A DNA stretch of 64,000 bases from Flaccisagitta enflata (GCA_965153355.1 OZ231126.1:992001-1056000), one strand, 5' to 3'; shown: positions 46,630-62,979, counted from the first letter of the stretch. The notes: generated by a model from the sequence alone, not told the origin. Program-made: numbers and translations.

Positions 46630-47215
46630 CGCGATGAGCAAACCCCCCTTCCCCCCTCTGCGACGCGATATACAACCGCCCCCCTCCCGCGACGCGATAA
46701 GCCACCGCCCCCCCTCCCGCGACGCGATAAGCAACCGCTCCCCCCTCCCGCGACGCGATAAGCAACCGCCCCCCCTCCCGCGACGCGATAAGCAACCGCC
46801 CCCCTCCCGCTACGCGATAAGCAACCGCCCCCCCTCCCGCGACGCGATAAGCAACCGCCCCCTCCCGCGATGCGATAAGCAACCGCCCCCCCTCCCGCGA
46901 CGCGATACGCAACCGCCCCCCCCCCCCTTCCGCACTGCGATAAGCAACCTCCCCCCTCCCCTCCCGCGACACAATAAGCAACCGCCCCCCTCCCGCGATA
47001 CTATAAGCAACCGCCCCCCCCTTCCGCACCGCGATAAGCAACCTCCCCTCCCGCGACGCGATAAGCAACCACCCACCTCCCGCGATACAATAAGCAACCG
47101 CCCCCCTCCCGCACCGCGATAAGCAACCGCCCCCCCTTCCGCACCGCGATAGGCAACCTCCTCTCCTGCGACGCGATGTGCAACCTCCCCCCTCCCCTCC
47201 CGCGACGCGATAACC
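46630..47215. repeat. ~28-30-bp GC-rich minisatellite (CCCCCTCCCGCGACGCGATAAGCAACCG)n
   Basis: direct reading. Confidence 0.92.
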
Positions 47216-47708
47216 AAAGTTCCTCTTTTCTTTCTTCTTCCTCCGCGTGTCCTCCTCTTCCTCTCGCCTTCATTTTATACTCGAACTCTCCTTCCTCCAC
47301 TTCGTCCTCTTTTCTCCTCCTCTACTTCCTCCTCTTCCTCCTCCTCCTCCACCTTTCTTTCCTCCCCCTTCCCCCTTTTTTAGCTCTCTTCTTGAATCCA
47401 TGTTTGCGCTTAGTTCTCAAAATGCGATCAATGAAATCTTCACTCTTTTCTTTTTAATTCTATTTATTTCGTCTTTCCTATTTATTTGTTTTGTCTTTCT
47501 TTTTCTTTTTCTTTTTTTTTTGTTGCGGATACTCGATTCTGTAAAAGGCTTTCCCCGTCCGTTGGTCAGTCGGTCCGTCCGTTGGTCCGTTGGTCCGTAA
47601 GAACGAGTCTAAAAGTGGAAAAACGAGTGTTTTACAAAATTGTTTTGTGTATGTATGGGGGAAGGAGGGGGGGTATGTGCGTCCCTTCCCACCCACCCGC
47701 AACAATGA

Positions 47709-48069
47709 CAGGGTGTGCGAAAATAAAGGTATTCAAATATTACCCCAAAAACCGTATTGCCAGATGGCCCAGCAAAATTAAAAGTACAATCTCACAATTA
47801 GTTTTACTGAATGCTAAATAATCTTGAATTCATTGTCACTTTTCATTTGTCCATTATGACCAACAATTATGAAACTACTGAAAATGGGCCTTTCCCGCCT
47901 TCTGTCATTCTCTTTTTAAATACCTTTTCTGCCTATCCTCTGAATGCTCGGAGGAACTTTAAATATTGGTTAATTGACAAACATGACCTTGACTTTGATG
48001 GAAAAATGTTCGTAAGACATGAGTTTCGTATGCTTACTCCAAAAAATACAATACTTGTCGCACATCCTG
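47709..48069. mobile_element. MITE inserted in a HINE-like element (47520-~48085)
   Basis: inverted ends CAGGGTGTGCGA / TCGCACATCCTG. Confidence 0.5.
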
Positions 48070-48477
48070 TTATGATAACCCCGGATCATAAGACGGACTG
48101 ACCGACCAATTGACATACCCCCGTTTACAGATGCGAGGACGTACCTGAAAATGGATGAACGGGTTCGCAGTCTTTTGTTTTGCCATAACCGAGGGCTTTG
48201 TTTATTTTGTGTTCATAAAAATTGAATTAGAATGGGCACGCGAGTTTGTTATAAAAACGATTTGATTAATGCGGTTTAGAGTGGATCTAAAGTTTTATGA
48301 GTCAGCATAGAACTAGAAGAACATCTTCTCTCCCCGATGTTGTAATTATGTCACAGCAACATACATAAACGAACATCCTCTCTCCCTGATGTTATAATTG
48401 TTTCACGACAGCAGCAATTATGGCAGTAACGACAAAAGTAACGACAGCAGAAAAAATCTCAATAATAGGAAAATGAA

Positions 48478-48597
<120 letters not shown>

Positions 48598-48961
48598 ACA
48601 ACAGTGCCTAACGTCAGAGTGTTTTAAAAAAAGCTTCAAGTTCATCTGACTGTAAATTGTATCCCCCTTTTTCCCTTACGAATATTTCACAATTCAGCGA
48701 CTTCATTGATGGAAAAATAAAAATGAAAGACAGAGAGAAAAAAGATAAAAGAAAAAAAAAGTGAAGTAAAAACAGGAAATCTGAAATAATGGTAGTGGTA
48801 ATTGTAAGGAAAAAGAAAATTGAGAAATAAAAAAAGAAAGAAAGAAAGGCCAAAACTCTTCTTTTATTGTCTTGTGAAAAAAGAAGATGGAATCGAATTT
48901 TGTGCGGCACACGCAAACTCATGTGAGTGCATTTCTTATTTTTCCTACGGCGATTAGCCGC

Positions 48962-49328
48962 CTTTATTGGTATCAGTATTGACATGTCAAAAAAGTCATT
49001 TTTCTTGGGTAATGCCGCAAATCTTAAACCTCTTGTCATGATCGGGGGAGTGAGAGAGTAAGTATTGGGAGACGAGAGGGGAGGACAGAGTTTGGTGACA
49101 GAGTAAGTAAATCCTTACATTACCAAATCTGCGCTGTCGTTCTCGAGACGATCCAGCAAATTGCAGAACGAGCCTACGCCTTCTTCGTAGTTGGAATCGA
49201 CTTTTGTAATGTTATAAGTTAGGTGAAGATCTTCGACAATTTTCTGCCAAATTTCTATGAAAATTCCTTGGTATATGCCCTGTACCGCTGGCATTGACAC
49301 CACACGCACAACATCTGACATCTTCAAA
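48962..49328 (-). pseudogene. Divergent ionotropic glutamate receptor / IR-like S1 exon with an in-frame stop
   Basis: YQGIFIEIWQKIVEDLHLTYNI...LLDRLENDSADLVM*GFTYS...YSLTPPIMTRGLRFAALPKK...ILIPIK is one continuous frame broken by TAA at 49115-49117; cattcatcag acceptor. Confidence 0.6.
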
Positions 49329-49784
49329 CTGATGAATGGTTAGAGGATCTATCAGCACCACCACAGAATAATTATGCGATGCGTTATTAACAAAATTGAA
49401 GAGACGCCTGGAGAACCAAGCCAGAGCTACATAAGGCAGAGGAAGGAATCAAAGTTTTGGTTGATGTTGGATAAAAAGATAGAATTCGGTGTCACTTTTC
49501 ACCACAGAAATATACAAAAAAAAAAAAACATCAACTCCCAGTTCCGTGACATCCTGAGAGAGGCAGTACTTAGGAAAAGAAAAAACAAGGCCGGATACAC
49601 GGCCATCAGTTGCGGACGGGTGGGCAGGGGCAGAAATGCGCGTTTTCCCACTTTTCAACTCGAGCGTGACGGACCAACCAACCGACCGACCAACCAACCG
49701 ACCGACCAACCGACCGACGGACGGACAAAGCCTGTTATAGAGTTGCGTGTCCGCAACTAAAAAGAGAGAGAGAGAGAGAAAGAG

Positions 49785-49833
<49 letters not shown>

Positions 49834-51265
49834 TCCAGAAAAGGAGGCAAAGACAGATACAGAAAGACAGAAACAGAGACAGATACAGAAAAGAGCCAAA
49901 AGCCGGTTAAACAGGTACCCAAGTTGCGTGCAGTAATGTTGAAGTTCATTATGGTATTTTGGCTTCAGCAGTGAGGTAAGAAACGCTCATTAACACCTAA
50001 AAAATAAAAAAGTGACAGAAGGATGGATTGACGGAACGGGTTTTAGAGATGTGTCATGTGTGCATGCAAATGGAAACGCGGGGTACGAGAGAAATGTCTA
50101 AGTCTAATTACAGTCTAAGTACAGTAGCTAAGTTTAAACCAAGTTTTGATGGCACGACTGCGCGACCTAGCTATGACACAGAATCGCATTTGTTTGGTGG
50201 AATCGATTTGGAAGATTTGAGAAGGATGATAACTAGTCATCCAAGGATCGCACATGGTCAGCGGTACTCAATGTCCTGCTGGGATTAATCCAGTGAAGTA
50301 GAGTGAGAGCACGGCAGCGGCCCAAAAAGGTACGATATCCTGTAGAACAGAGAAGGGAATTTCCATTCATCCTGAGGGGGCATGTTTCAGGCCTTAGATG
50401 ACTGATTTAGGCCGCCGAAGGCAAATTTTAAGGCTGGAGGGCAGAATTAAGGCTTGGAGAGCCAATTTGAGGTTTGGAGGGCAAATTCAAGCCATGGAGG
50501 GTTGATTTTATGCTTGGAGGGCTAATTGAAGGTCTGGAAGGCAGATTTGAGGTCTGGGGGTCAGATTTGAGGTGGGGGGGGGCTGATTTGAAGCCTGGAA
50601 AGCTGATTTGAGGCCTGGAGGGCTAAATTGAGGGCTGGGAGGGCAAATTTGAGGCCAATGGAAGGGGGACAGAAAGACGGACATATGGAAATTCCCCCCT
50701 GTGTTCTACAGGACATCGGCCTTTTGGGGCCGCTGCCCAAAAAGGCCGGATGCACGGCTACCAATGTGGCGTGCGGACGGGCAGGAGCAGTGATAAACAA
50801 GTCATTCAAGGATTGAACGTGGTCAACGGTACCCAAAGCTCTGGGTAAGCTGAAGAAGTGAGAGCTCGCCAGTGGCCCAAAAGGGCCAATGTCCTGTAGG
50901 ACAAAGGGTTATTTACCATCAGTGTCATTTTGTGAGTTCAGTCTGTAGTTTTGGCCCTTAAGCAATTTCACATGCATTGCAAATTGCTTAAGATCATTTG
51001 AAATAAGCTTTATTGCTTTTAAGCTAGATGATGAAAAAAAATTTGATTTAAAAGAAAACAGTATAGTGAATCATTCTTGTTTTGAGCTGTGATAATTGGC
51101 CTTTATCATATTCAATATAACAAACTAAAGCAATATTTGTCATACAACCAGATAAGCTAGTACCATTTGATACAGGTTTGTTTTGATTAAGATTTCAGGA
51201 TTTCATAGAAATGATCGTGAATTATTTCAAATGATTCTATTCCTAATGTGTTTTTTTTCCTTCAG

Positions 51266-51413
51266 CAATTGCACGTGATCGCGCGGACATTCCTAAACGC
51301 GTGTGAGGACGGAGACATTGAAGGAGTTCGTCGATGCTTCCCAAGACTGCCTTCATTGCATCAATGCGTCGACTCCTTCGGCAGAACAGGATTCCTATTG
51401 TCTGTGGAAAAAG
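51266..51413 (+). CDS. Ankyrin-repeat exon, TRPC-like N-terminus (QLHVIARTFLNACEDGDIEGVRRCFPRLPSLHQCVDSFGRTGFLLSVEK)
   Basis: ttttttccttcag/gtgaga boundaries; FLxAxExGD..V...CxDxxGR pattern of the first TRPC ankyrin repeats. No downstream exons were identified. Confidence 0.72.
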
Positions 51414-51424
51414 GTGAGAAATTA

Positions 51425-51714
51425 AGGAAGAAGAAGAAGAAGAAGAAGAGGGAGAAGAAGAAGAAGAAGAAGAAGAAGAAGAAGAAGAAGAAGAAGAAGA
51501 AGAAGAAGAAGAAGAAGAAGAAGAAGAAGAAGAAGAAGAAGAAGAAGAAGAAGAAGAAGAAGAAGAAGAAGAAGAAGAAGAAGAAGAAGAAGAAGAAGAA
51601 GAAGAAGAAGAAGAAGAAGAAGAAGAAGAAGAAGAAGAAGAAGAAGAAGAAGAAGAAGAAGAAGAATAAGAAGAAGAAGAAAAAGAAGAAAAAGAAGAAG
51701 GAGAAGAGGAAGGA

Positions 51715-51749
<35 letters not shown>

Positions 51750-51862
51750 AGAAGAAGAAGAAGAAGAAGAAGAAGAAGAAGAAGAAGAAGAAGAAGAAGA
51801 GGAGAATAGGATGAATAAAAATAATAATAATTATAATAATAATAATAATAATAATAGTAATG

Positions 51863-51909
<47 letters not shown>

Positions 51910-51917
51910 TATAATGA

Positions 51918-51948
<31 letters not shown>

Positions 51949-52900
51949 AAGAAGAAGAGGAAGAGAAAGAAGAATAGAAAAAAGAAGAAGCAGAAGAAAA
52001 AGAGGCAGAAGAAAAAGAGGAAGAAGAAAAACAGGAAGAGGAAGAAGCAGAAGAAGAAGCAGAAGCAGAAGCAGTAGAAAAAGAAGAAGAAGAAGAAGAA
52101 GAAGAAGAAGAAGAAGGAGGAGAAGAAGAAGAAGAAGAAGAAGAAGAAGAAGGAGAAGAAGAAGAAGAAGAAGAAGAAGAAGAAGAAGAAGAAGAAGAAG
52201 AAGAAGCAAAAGCGGACAAAGAATAAGAGGAAGAAGAAGAAGAAGAAGAAGAAGAAGAAGAAGAAGAAGAAGAACAGGAAGAAGAAGAGGAAGAAGAAGG
52301 AGAAGAAGGAGAAGAAGAAGAAGAAGAAGAAGAAGAAGAAGAAGAAGAAGAAGAAGAAGAAGAAGAAGAAAAGAAGAAGAAGAAGAAGAAGAAGAAGAAG
52401 AAGAAGAAGAAGAAGAAGAAGAAGAAGAATACAGAGGAAGGAGAAGCAGAAGAGGACAAAGAAGAAGAATAGGAAAAAGAAGAAGCAGAAGAATAAAAGG
52501 AAGAAGAAAAAGAAGAAGAAGAAGAAGAAGATGAGGAAGAAGAAGAAGAAAAAGAAGAAGCAGAAGAATAAAAGGAAGAAGAAAAAGAAGAAGAAGAAGA
52601 AGAAGATGAGGAAGAAGAAGAAGAAAAAGAAAAAGAAAAAGAAAAAGAAGAAGAAGAAGAAGAAGAAGAAGAAGAAGAAGAAGAAGAAGAAGAAGAAGAA
52701 GAAGAAGAAGATGAAGAAAAGAAGAAGACGAGGAAGAGGAAGAAGAATAGAAGAAAGAAGAAGCAGAAGAAAAAGAGGAAGCAGAAGAAGAAGAAGAAGA
52801 AGAAGAATAAGAAGAAAAAGAAGAAGAAGAAGAAGAAGAAGAAGAAGAAGAAGAAGAAGAAGAAGAAGAAGAAGAAGAAGAGGAAGTAGAAGAAAAAGAA
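51425..52900. repeat. ~1.5-kb (GAA)n/(AAT)n microsatellite block
   Basis: direct reading. Confidence 0.95.
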
Positions 52901-53009
52901 GGACCTCATATTTATATTGCCTGCACATCGATTTCTGCATCAAGGAAAAGAATGAATTAATAAAGAATCAGAAAACTGATTCTCATGACAAAGAAACAAG
53001 ATGATTCAA

Positions 53010-53520
53010 AGCACGGTATTGCCGGATTTGATCAAAACAACGAGCAAATAAAACAATTCCTTGCTTAGTATTGCCAGATTTGATCAAAACAACAAATGAA
53101 AGATACAATTCCGTAGCACTTAAGCCACTTAGTATTAAATGACTAGATCAAAACTCACTCAGTATTGATAGATTTTTCAAAACAGCAAACAAATGATATT
53201 TGTTGTAAGATTTCATCAATATTACATACAAATGAGATGATTCTTTACTCTGCATTGATGGATGTGATCAAAACAACAAACAAATGAAGCAATTCCTATC
53301 TCAGTATTGATAGATTTGATTAAAATAACACAAAATTGAAACAACTTCTAACACAGTATAAATAAATTTGATTAGGATAACAAATGAATAAAACAATTCC
53401 TTACTCAGTGTTGAAAATACTGATGGACTTTATCAAAATAACAAGCATGTGAAATAAATCCTTACACAGTATTGATGGATTTGATCGATACAAAATGAAA
53501 CAACTACTTATTCAGTGTTG
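53010..53520. repeat. Degenerate ~55-bp tandem repeat (AGTATTGATAGATTTGATCAAAACAAC...)
   Basis: recurring motif. Confidence 0.7.
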
Positions 53521-53642
53521 TTAGTTTGGTTCAAATGAAATGATTCCTTTCAGGTTTTAATCCGTCTCAATTTTGTTTTCATTGAATCATATCCGGCTCA
53601 CCGTGTGAGCATGAAAATATCTTGGCCAGTTCCAAATTTGTA

Positions 53643-54533
53643 CAGTAGATCTCGTCTAGACTTGGAAATACGGGGGAATTCATTACAGGAAGACAAATAA
53701 ACCTAAGAGACTGATATTTGGAATGTAAACTAATAAAAGGATGCTTTATTGCCCATGGGTGTTGGTTGCCATAGAAACACGTTTCCATGTATTTACTCTA
53801 AAGTATCAATATTTTGAGAAATTTTTAGAAGGAACATTGTTTAAAATAAGATTTGCTTCAACTTTCCCACAATATGTTCTGTAAGAATATCGCTTGTTTG
53901 GCGATTGCTAGGGAGCATCACAGGGCTGTCACACATAGTTACGCTCCCTAGCAACGGCTAAACGAGCAATATTCTTACAGAACATATTGTGGCAAAGTTG
54001 TTGCATATTCTATCTTAAACGATGTTCCCTCAAAAAATTTCTCAAAATATTAATACTTAAGCGAAAATACGTGGAAATGTGTTTCTATGGCAACCAACAC
54101 TAGGGTGGTCACGAAATAGGGTCAAATTTCAAAAAATGATTTACTCTAGGTTTTTGCATAAATGTACCAAAAAAGAAGGTTTTCCCACAAGTAGAGGTCT
54201 GAATTTGAAGAATAAACCATGGCGGCAAAACTATAGACTTCCTATGGCAATAAAAAGATCTCCATAGCAACCCTATAGTTTTTTTTAGATAAGGTTTCTT
54301 GTTTGATTTCACACCCCAGCTTGTGAGAAATCCTTCTTTTATGGGACATTTGTGCAAAGGGCTCAAGTATATCAACATATGAAATTTAACCCAATTCCGG
54401 ACCACCCTAACCAACACCCATGGGCAATAAAGCATCCTTTTATTAGCCTATATTCCAAATATCAGTCTCTTAAGTATATTTGTCTGCCTGTAGTAAATTC
54501 CCCCATATTTCCAAGTCTAGATGACATCTACTG
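53643..54533. mobile_element. Tc1/mariner-type palindromic MITE
   Basis: TIR CAGTAGATSTCRTCTAGACTTGGAAATA; TA flanks; arms inverted to the centre. Confidence 0.88.
54101..54409. mobile_element. hAT-type MITE nested in the Tc1 MITE
   Basis: TAGGGTGGTC/GACCACCCTA TIRs; 8-bp TSD ACCAACAC. Confidence 0.9.
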
Positions 54534-55071
54534 TATTCAATCTCTCGTCTTGACATGAAATCTGATTTGTCCGTGCAAAGGCGGACCACATTTATCGATT
54601 GAAAGGGTGAATCGTCGTGACGTCAGGGAATGTCATTAATACGGATGAAATGTCATATGACAACATGATATCGTATGTCTTATTTTGCGATGCAATGTCA
54701 GACATTAGATTGTGCAAATGGAGGATTCGCACTTCATTGACAATGTAAATCAAGTTTAGAATAATTGACAAATGAAATATTCATTTATGTTAGAAACTAG
54801 AGTGTGAAAACGAAGGATTCATACTTCAGTGACTGCGTCAATCAAGTTTGTTGCAATTCACAAATAAGATATTCATCAATATTAGAAACTAGAATGTGCA
54901 AAAGGAGGATTTGCACTTCAGTGACAACATTAATCAAGTTTGATGTAATTGACAAATGAAATTTCTGTCATTAATACTTATCTAATGTCATACAACAACA
55001 TGATACCAAATGTTTCATTTTGTGTTATACAGATCAATGACAAATATGATATACTATAAGAAGTCTAGGAA

Positions 55072-56170
55072 TTTATGAAAGTTGGACAACATTACTACTC
55101 AACAATATCTAAAATAAGGACAAGAGCCTTTGGAGCTCTTACTGGTGTTTAATCCAGACCCATCATAGCTATCCTATAAATTTCTGAAAAAACATTCCCT
55201 CTTCAGAAATTATCATAGGACTTGTCAAAAGTTATGCAACATTTAGAAAAGGGTAACCAATTTCTTTCTATACATGAGATATGCAGACCACAAGAAAACA
55301 CTATATGGCAAAAATATGAAGAAACCATATCCATCTGGGCACCTTCTTATACTCCTCATATACCAAAGATAGCAAGAAACTCAAACTCTCTTCCTCCTGA
55401 AACAACCCTATCAAAAATCCAATGTCAACCCCAAAATCTTGAATTCAAAATTTCTGAAGTATTTCATTCCAATTGTTAAAAATGTCAAATCACCTCAGGA
55501 TGAACTAGTTACCAAAAGATAAGCTATTTAACAGAGGCAATGTTGTAAAAAACCATACCCTTAGAGGCAAGAATCGAGGATAAACCATATGGGACTGCCG
55601 GCATTCCATACCAAGGTACTGAATAATATGAAAGTTGGACAACATTACTACTCAACAATATCTAAAATAAGGACAAGAGCCTTTGGAGCTCTTACTGGTG
55701 TTTAATCCAGACCCATCACAACTATCCTATAAATTTCTGAAAAAACATTCCCTCTTCAGAAATTATCATAGGACTTGTCAAAAGTTATGCAACATTTAGA
55801 AAAGGGTAACCAATTTCTTTCTATACATGAGATATGCAGACCACAAGAAAACACTTGATAAATATGGCGACCATATGAAGAGACCATATCCATCTGGGCA
55901 CCTTCTTATACTCCTCATATACCAAAGATAGCAAGAAACTCAAACTCTCTTCCTCCTGAAACAACCCTCTCAAAAATCCAATGTCAACCCCAAAATCTTG
56001 AATTCAAAATTTCTGTAGTATTTCATTCCAATTGTTAAAAATGTCAATTGTCAAATCACCTCAGGATGTACTAGTTACCAAAAGATAAGCGATTTACCAG
56101 AGGCAATGTTGTAAAAAACCATACCCTTAGAGGCAGGAATCTAGGATCAACCATACGGGACCGCCGGCAT
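55072..56170. repeat. 553-bp unit tandem repeat (~2 copies), related to 43611-44463
   Basis: ATGAAAGTTGGACAAC at 55075 and 55628; shared conserved blocks; interrupts a ~95-bp repeat array (54700-54970 and 56260-56530). Confidence 0.88.
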
Positions 56171-56636
56171 AGATGCAATATGTCAGAATTCTTATCATCT
56201 CAACTGACAACTTGAGATATCAGACAAGAATATAAAATATAAATCACCTTCTTGAAGTTATGTCAATCCAGTTTGATGCAATTGACAAATTTCCATTGAT
56301 GTTAAAAACTAAATTTTGCAAAAAGAGGATTCACACTTCTGTGACTAAGTCAATCAAATTTGATGCAAATGGCGAAAGAAATTTCGCTGATGTAAAAAAC
56401 TAAATCGTGCAAAAAGAGGATTGGCACTTCAGTGACTATGTCAATCAAGTTTTATGCAAATGGCAAACGAACTTTCACAGAAAAAAAACCCTATATCTTG
56501 CAAAAGGAGGATTCGCACTTCAGTGACTACCAGACTGGGCCGTAGGACCCTTATGAAGGCAGATTGGCTACCAACAGCAGGGACTGGCTTCATTCATCAT
56601 AACAACAAGATTTGCCAAGTTTCATGACCATATGAT

Positions 56637-59048
56637 CGATTTTACTCATGGCCGCCACCCCCCCTAAAATCCCAGCATGAGGGTTGTTGTGGTAAAAATT
56701 CCAACTTTGGGTCACTTTGGCCTCAAAATTAGGCCCCTTCGAATTCAAATTTTGACCTAAAATCCATGAGATTATAAAACTAGAGCTCAAGAGCTAACTA
56801 AAGGTGCAATCCGCATGTTTTTATCTTGATTTGTTGAGATTTGAGAGCATTTCAAAGATGAAAGGGTATGAGGGTCAAATTGCATCCTATTTTCAGTGGC
56901 AATTTTGACATTTTTCACAGATTTGAACATATTTTGGCTTGGGATGGACTAATCTGCATGAAATTGGTGATCAAATTGAAGAGTTTTTACTGCTTTAGCA
57001 GATGGTAAAAAAATTTTTGATCGAATTTGCCCTCAATTTTTTTTATGACTGTAGAAGCAGGTGTTAAAAAGTCGATTTTCTTGAAAATTGAGCAATTTTG
57101 GACAAAAAATAAGACCACTTCCATTTTTAAGAAAGATTTAAAATCCATGAGCAAAATTAAGAGCTGCTCAAGAGCTAACTAGTGGTGCAATCGGCATGTC
57201 AATATGTTTTTGCATTTAGATTTTACAGAACTTTAAAGATCAAAGGGTATGTCAAAATGACCATTTATGATAACTTTTGCCGTTTTGGCCTCAAATTGGG
57301 TTCACTTTGCCGCAGTAATCTATAGAAAAATCTGTGAGATCACAAAACTAGAGCTCAAGATCTAACCAGTGGTGCAATCCACATGTTGCTTTCATTTTTC
57401 GTTAAAGTTTGAGAGCATTTCAAATATGGAAGGGTAAGAGGGTTATTTTACTGGATAAACTTGAGGGTCAAACTTGACAATTTTTACATTTTTAGTTGCG
57501 GACACGCAACTCTATAAGAGGCTTTGTCCGTCCGTTGGTCGGTCAGTTGGTCGGTCCGTTGGTCGGTCCGTTGGTCGGTCGGTCGGTCCGTGGACACGAG
57601 TCGAAAAGTGAGGAAATGAGCGTTTTAGAACATTTGTATTTCCGCCCCTGCCCACCCGTCCGCAACTGATGGCCGTGTATCCGGCCTTGTTTGATATGTC
57701 TTGGCTTTGGTTGGACAAATATGGATAAAATTGGTTACAAAATTGAAGATTTTTTGATGCTATGATTCTGGTAAAATTTTTGATCGATATGACCCTCAAA
57801 ATGTTTTAGAGACTGATGAAGCAGGTGCTAAAAAAAGTATATTTTTGCCCATTTGGTTACTTTTTTCACAAAATTTTTGTGCTTCCGAGCTAGAAAAAGA
57901 CAAGAAATTCATGAGAAAACCTAGATAACATCATGCCGATTGCACCACTGGCTAGCTCTGGAGCTCTAGTTTTATTGTCTCATGGAATTTTTTGTCCGAT
58001 ATTGACATCAGAGTGACTCAAATTAGAGGCCAAGATGGCCAAAATGGCCATGCATACTTATTTGGACAGTCCCTTTAATCTTTTAAATTCTGTTAAATCT
58101 AAATGCAAAATCATAAAGACATGGCGATTGCACCACTAGTTAGCTTTTGAACAATTCTTTATTTTGGCCATGGATTTTAGGTCAATTATTGAATTGGAAG
58201 TAGACGAATTTGTTGTCAAAAATTGCCCAATTTACAAAAAAAAAATTTTTGCATCTGCTTCTATGGTCATTAAAAAAAATTGGGGGACATATCGATCAAA
58301 AAATCTTTTACCATCTGCTAGAGCAGCAAAAACTCTTCAGTTTGGTCACCAATTTCATGCAGATTGGTTCATCCAAAGCCGGGAAATATTGAAATTAGTG
58401 AAAAGTGTCATTATCGCCATTGAAATTTAAGCTGCAATTTGACCTTCCTACCCTTTCATCTTTGAAATGCTCTAAAATCTTAACAAATTAAGATAGAAAT
58501 ATGCGGATTGCACCACTGGTTAGCCCTTGAGCTCTAGTTTTATAATCTCACAGATTTTTTTATCGATTTCTACAGCAAAGTGACCCCATATTGAGGCCAA
58601 AACGGCCAAAGTGACCATAAATGGTCAATAGAAGTCAATAAAAAAAAATTGAGGGCAAATTTGATCAAAAATTTTTTTACCATCAGCTAAAGCAGCAAAA
58701 ACTCTTCAATTTGATCACCAATTTCATGCATATTGGTCCATCCAAAGCCAAAATATGTTCAAATCTGTGAAAAATGTCAAAATTGCCACCGAAAATAGGC
58801 TGCAATTTGACCCTCATACCCTTTCATCTTTGAAATGCTCTCAAATCTCAACAAATTAAGATAAAAACATGCGGATTGCATCACTAGTTAGCTCTTGAGC
58901 TCTAGTTTTATAATCTCATGGATTTTAGGTCAAAATTTAAATTCGAAGGGGCCTAATTTTGAGGCCAAAGTGACCCAAAGTTGGAATTTTCACCACAACA
59001 ACCCTCATGCTGGGATTTTAGGGGGGGTGGCGGCCATGAGTAAAATCG
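56637..59048. mobile_element. Non-coding element with ~400-bp inverted arms and AGAGCTCAAGAGCTAACTAGTGGTGCAATC subrepeats
   Basis: 56637-~57040 is the reverse complement of ~58645-59048; HINE insertion at 57490-57692; no TSD resolved. Confidence 0.7.
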
Positions 59049-59088
59049 CATCTTTCAAAATTCTTTGTCTTCCGGACCTGTCTCTCTG

Positions 59089-59250
<162 letters not shown>

Positions 59251-59262
59251 CACCCAAGTTAC

Positions 59263-61286
<2,024 letters not shown>

Positions 61287-61716
61287 CTGAAGTAGAAAGC
61301 AGGAAAGAAAATATAGTCATAGAATGGCCGGCGTGGCATCGGTCCAGCCTACAGCCACCACGGTTTAGACGGGATGGGGTGTGACCAAACTCCCTGTCCA
61401 AAGGGAGGAACCGCTTCAGGGTCAGTGAATGCCAAGGCCGATGTGCAACCGAAAATCTCCGCTGTTAGATAACAGGGGCAACTTACTGAAACAAACAAAG
61501 AAATTTTCCGATTTTTACCCACGTTCATCCCAGATAGTCAAATAATGACCATTTCTTGGCATAGAAACAGTTGACCATCAATTTTCGAGGGGGAGAAATG
61601 AATACCTACGGCAGATGATGACTATTGTAAAACCTGTTGATAGCTGGTACAAAGAGTAATGGACTTAATCAAGCACTGCAATATGCAAATCATCCCGATC
61701 ATCTCGATTGACCTTA

Positions 61717-61815
<99 letters not shown>

Positions 61816-61898
61816 TGTGTGTGTGTGCGTGTGCGTGTGAGATTATCAGAGATATCATTCGACAGTGTGTTTGTGTGCAAACGTCGGTGTATTTATAC

Positions 61899-62321
61899 CT
61901 TTGGCAGTGCCTGTCTTTGCTTCTCGCCGCTGAGCGCTTCGATGGCTGGATTCGCTTGGAATTTGTGCAGAAGATGCGATATGACTAGTCTTTCGCTGGG
62001 CGACCCGAAAACCTTAACGACACTCGGCAAATACACGCAAAACAACGTCAAAATGCCGAACCGGAAAAGCGTATCGGCATCCGGTTCAGTTGAGGGACTC
62101 AAAGCGGCTTCAGGGGCGACGGCGGCATCAAGAGCGGCTTTGGGGGTTGGAGAGGAAGTGAGGACTGAAGCTGAGTTGAGAGTTGTAAATGAGGTAGAAC
62201 TGTTGAGGGATACTAGGCTCGAGTTGGGAACCGGAGGCATGACGTCGAAAAATGAAGAAGAAGGTGAAGAAGAATTGGCGAAGACGACGACATCTTCGTG
62301 GGACAAATACAGAATAGCCAC
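61899..62321 (-). CDS. XK-related protein, exon 2
   Basis: cttatag/gtataa boundaries; 141 codons; VAILY...FGILTLFCVYLP motifs. Confidence 0.8.
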
Positions 62322-62979
62322 CTATAAGAAAATTGAAAATTTCTCTAAGGTTGTGCGTTGGTACCTCGTTTTATCGCATGCTTGCCAATTAAACAAGACT
62401 CGATCCTCTATCATCGGTAGTATCAAAGCTCATGTACCTAAGTTAACAATGGCTATGATGCATTTTCAGAATAAGGCATTTTTGGCGCCGCTCGGCCTGG
62501 CCAACTGTCGCGAGTAACGGCAATTATTTTCATTAAAGACAAACGGCCCGAATATCAAAACAGTGTTAATAGGGCTTTAGGGCTGGGGTCCCAGCCTCAA
62601 GGCTTGAATCTGGGCCTGGAGGCTGAGATTGGAGCCTCAAGGCTAGGATTGGAGCGTCAATGCTGGGATTGGAGCCTCAAGGCTGCAATTTGAACGTCAA
62701 GGCTGGAATTGGAGCCTTAAGGCTAGGATAGGGGCCTTGAGGCTAGGATTGAGCCTTCGAGGCTTGGTTTGGAGCCTTGAGGCTGGGATCAAAGCCAGGG
62801 GGGATAGAGAGGGAGAAAGAAAAAATATCCCACATGTGTAAAAGTATATGTATATGGACATCCTATGAAAATTTGCCGTCTTAAAGAGTCGAATAAAATG
62901 TGTAAATGAGACCCGAATGGTTTTCAGCTGTTCAACTCAAAGAGAAAAATCATGACCGACGTAATTGACATTTACTTAC

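Noticed and set aside
56590-56790. Identical short ORF pair MSSSFIISWILGQ... at 56590-56790 (-) and 58895-59266 (+)
   Set aside because: This is a by-product of the inverted arms of a non-coding element, starting at TTG.
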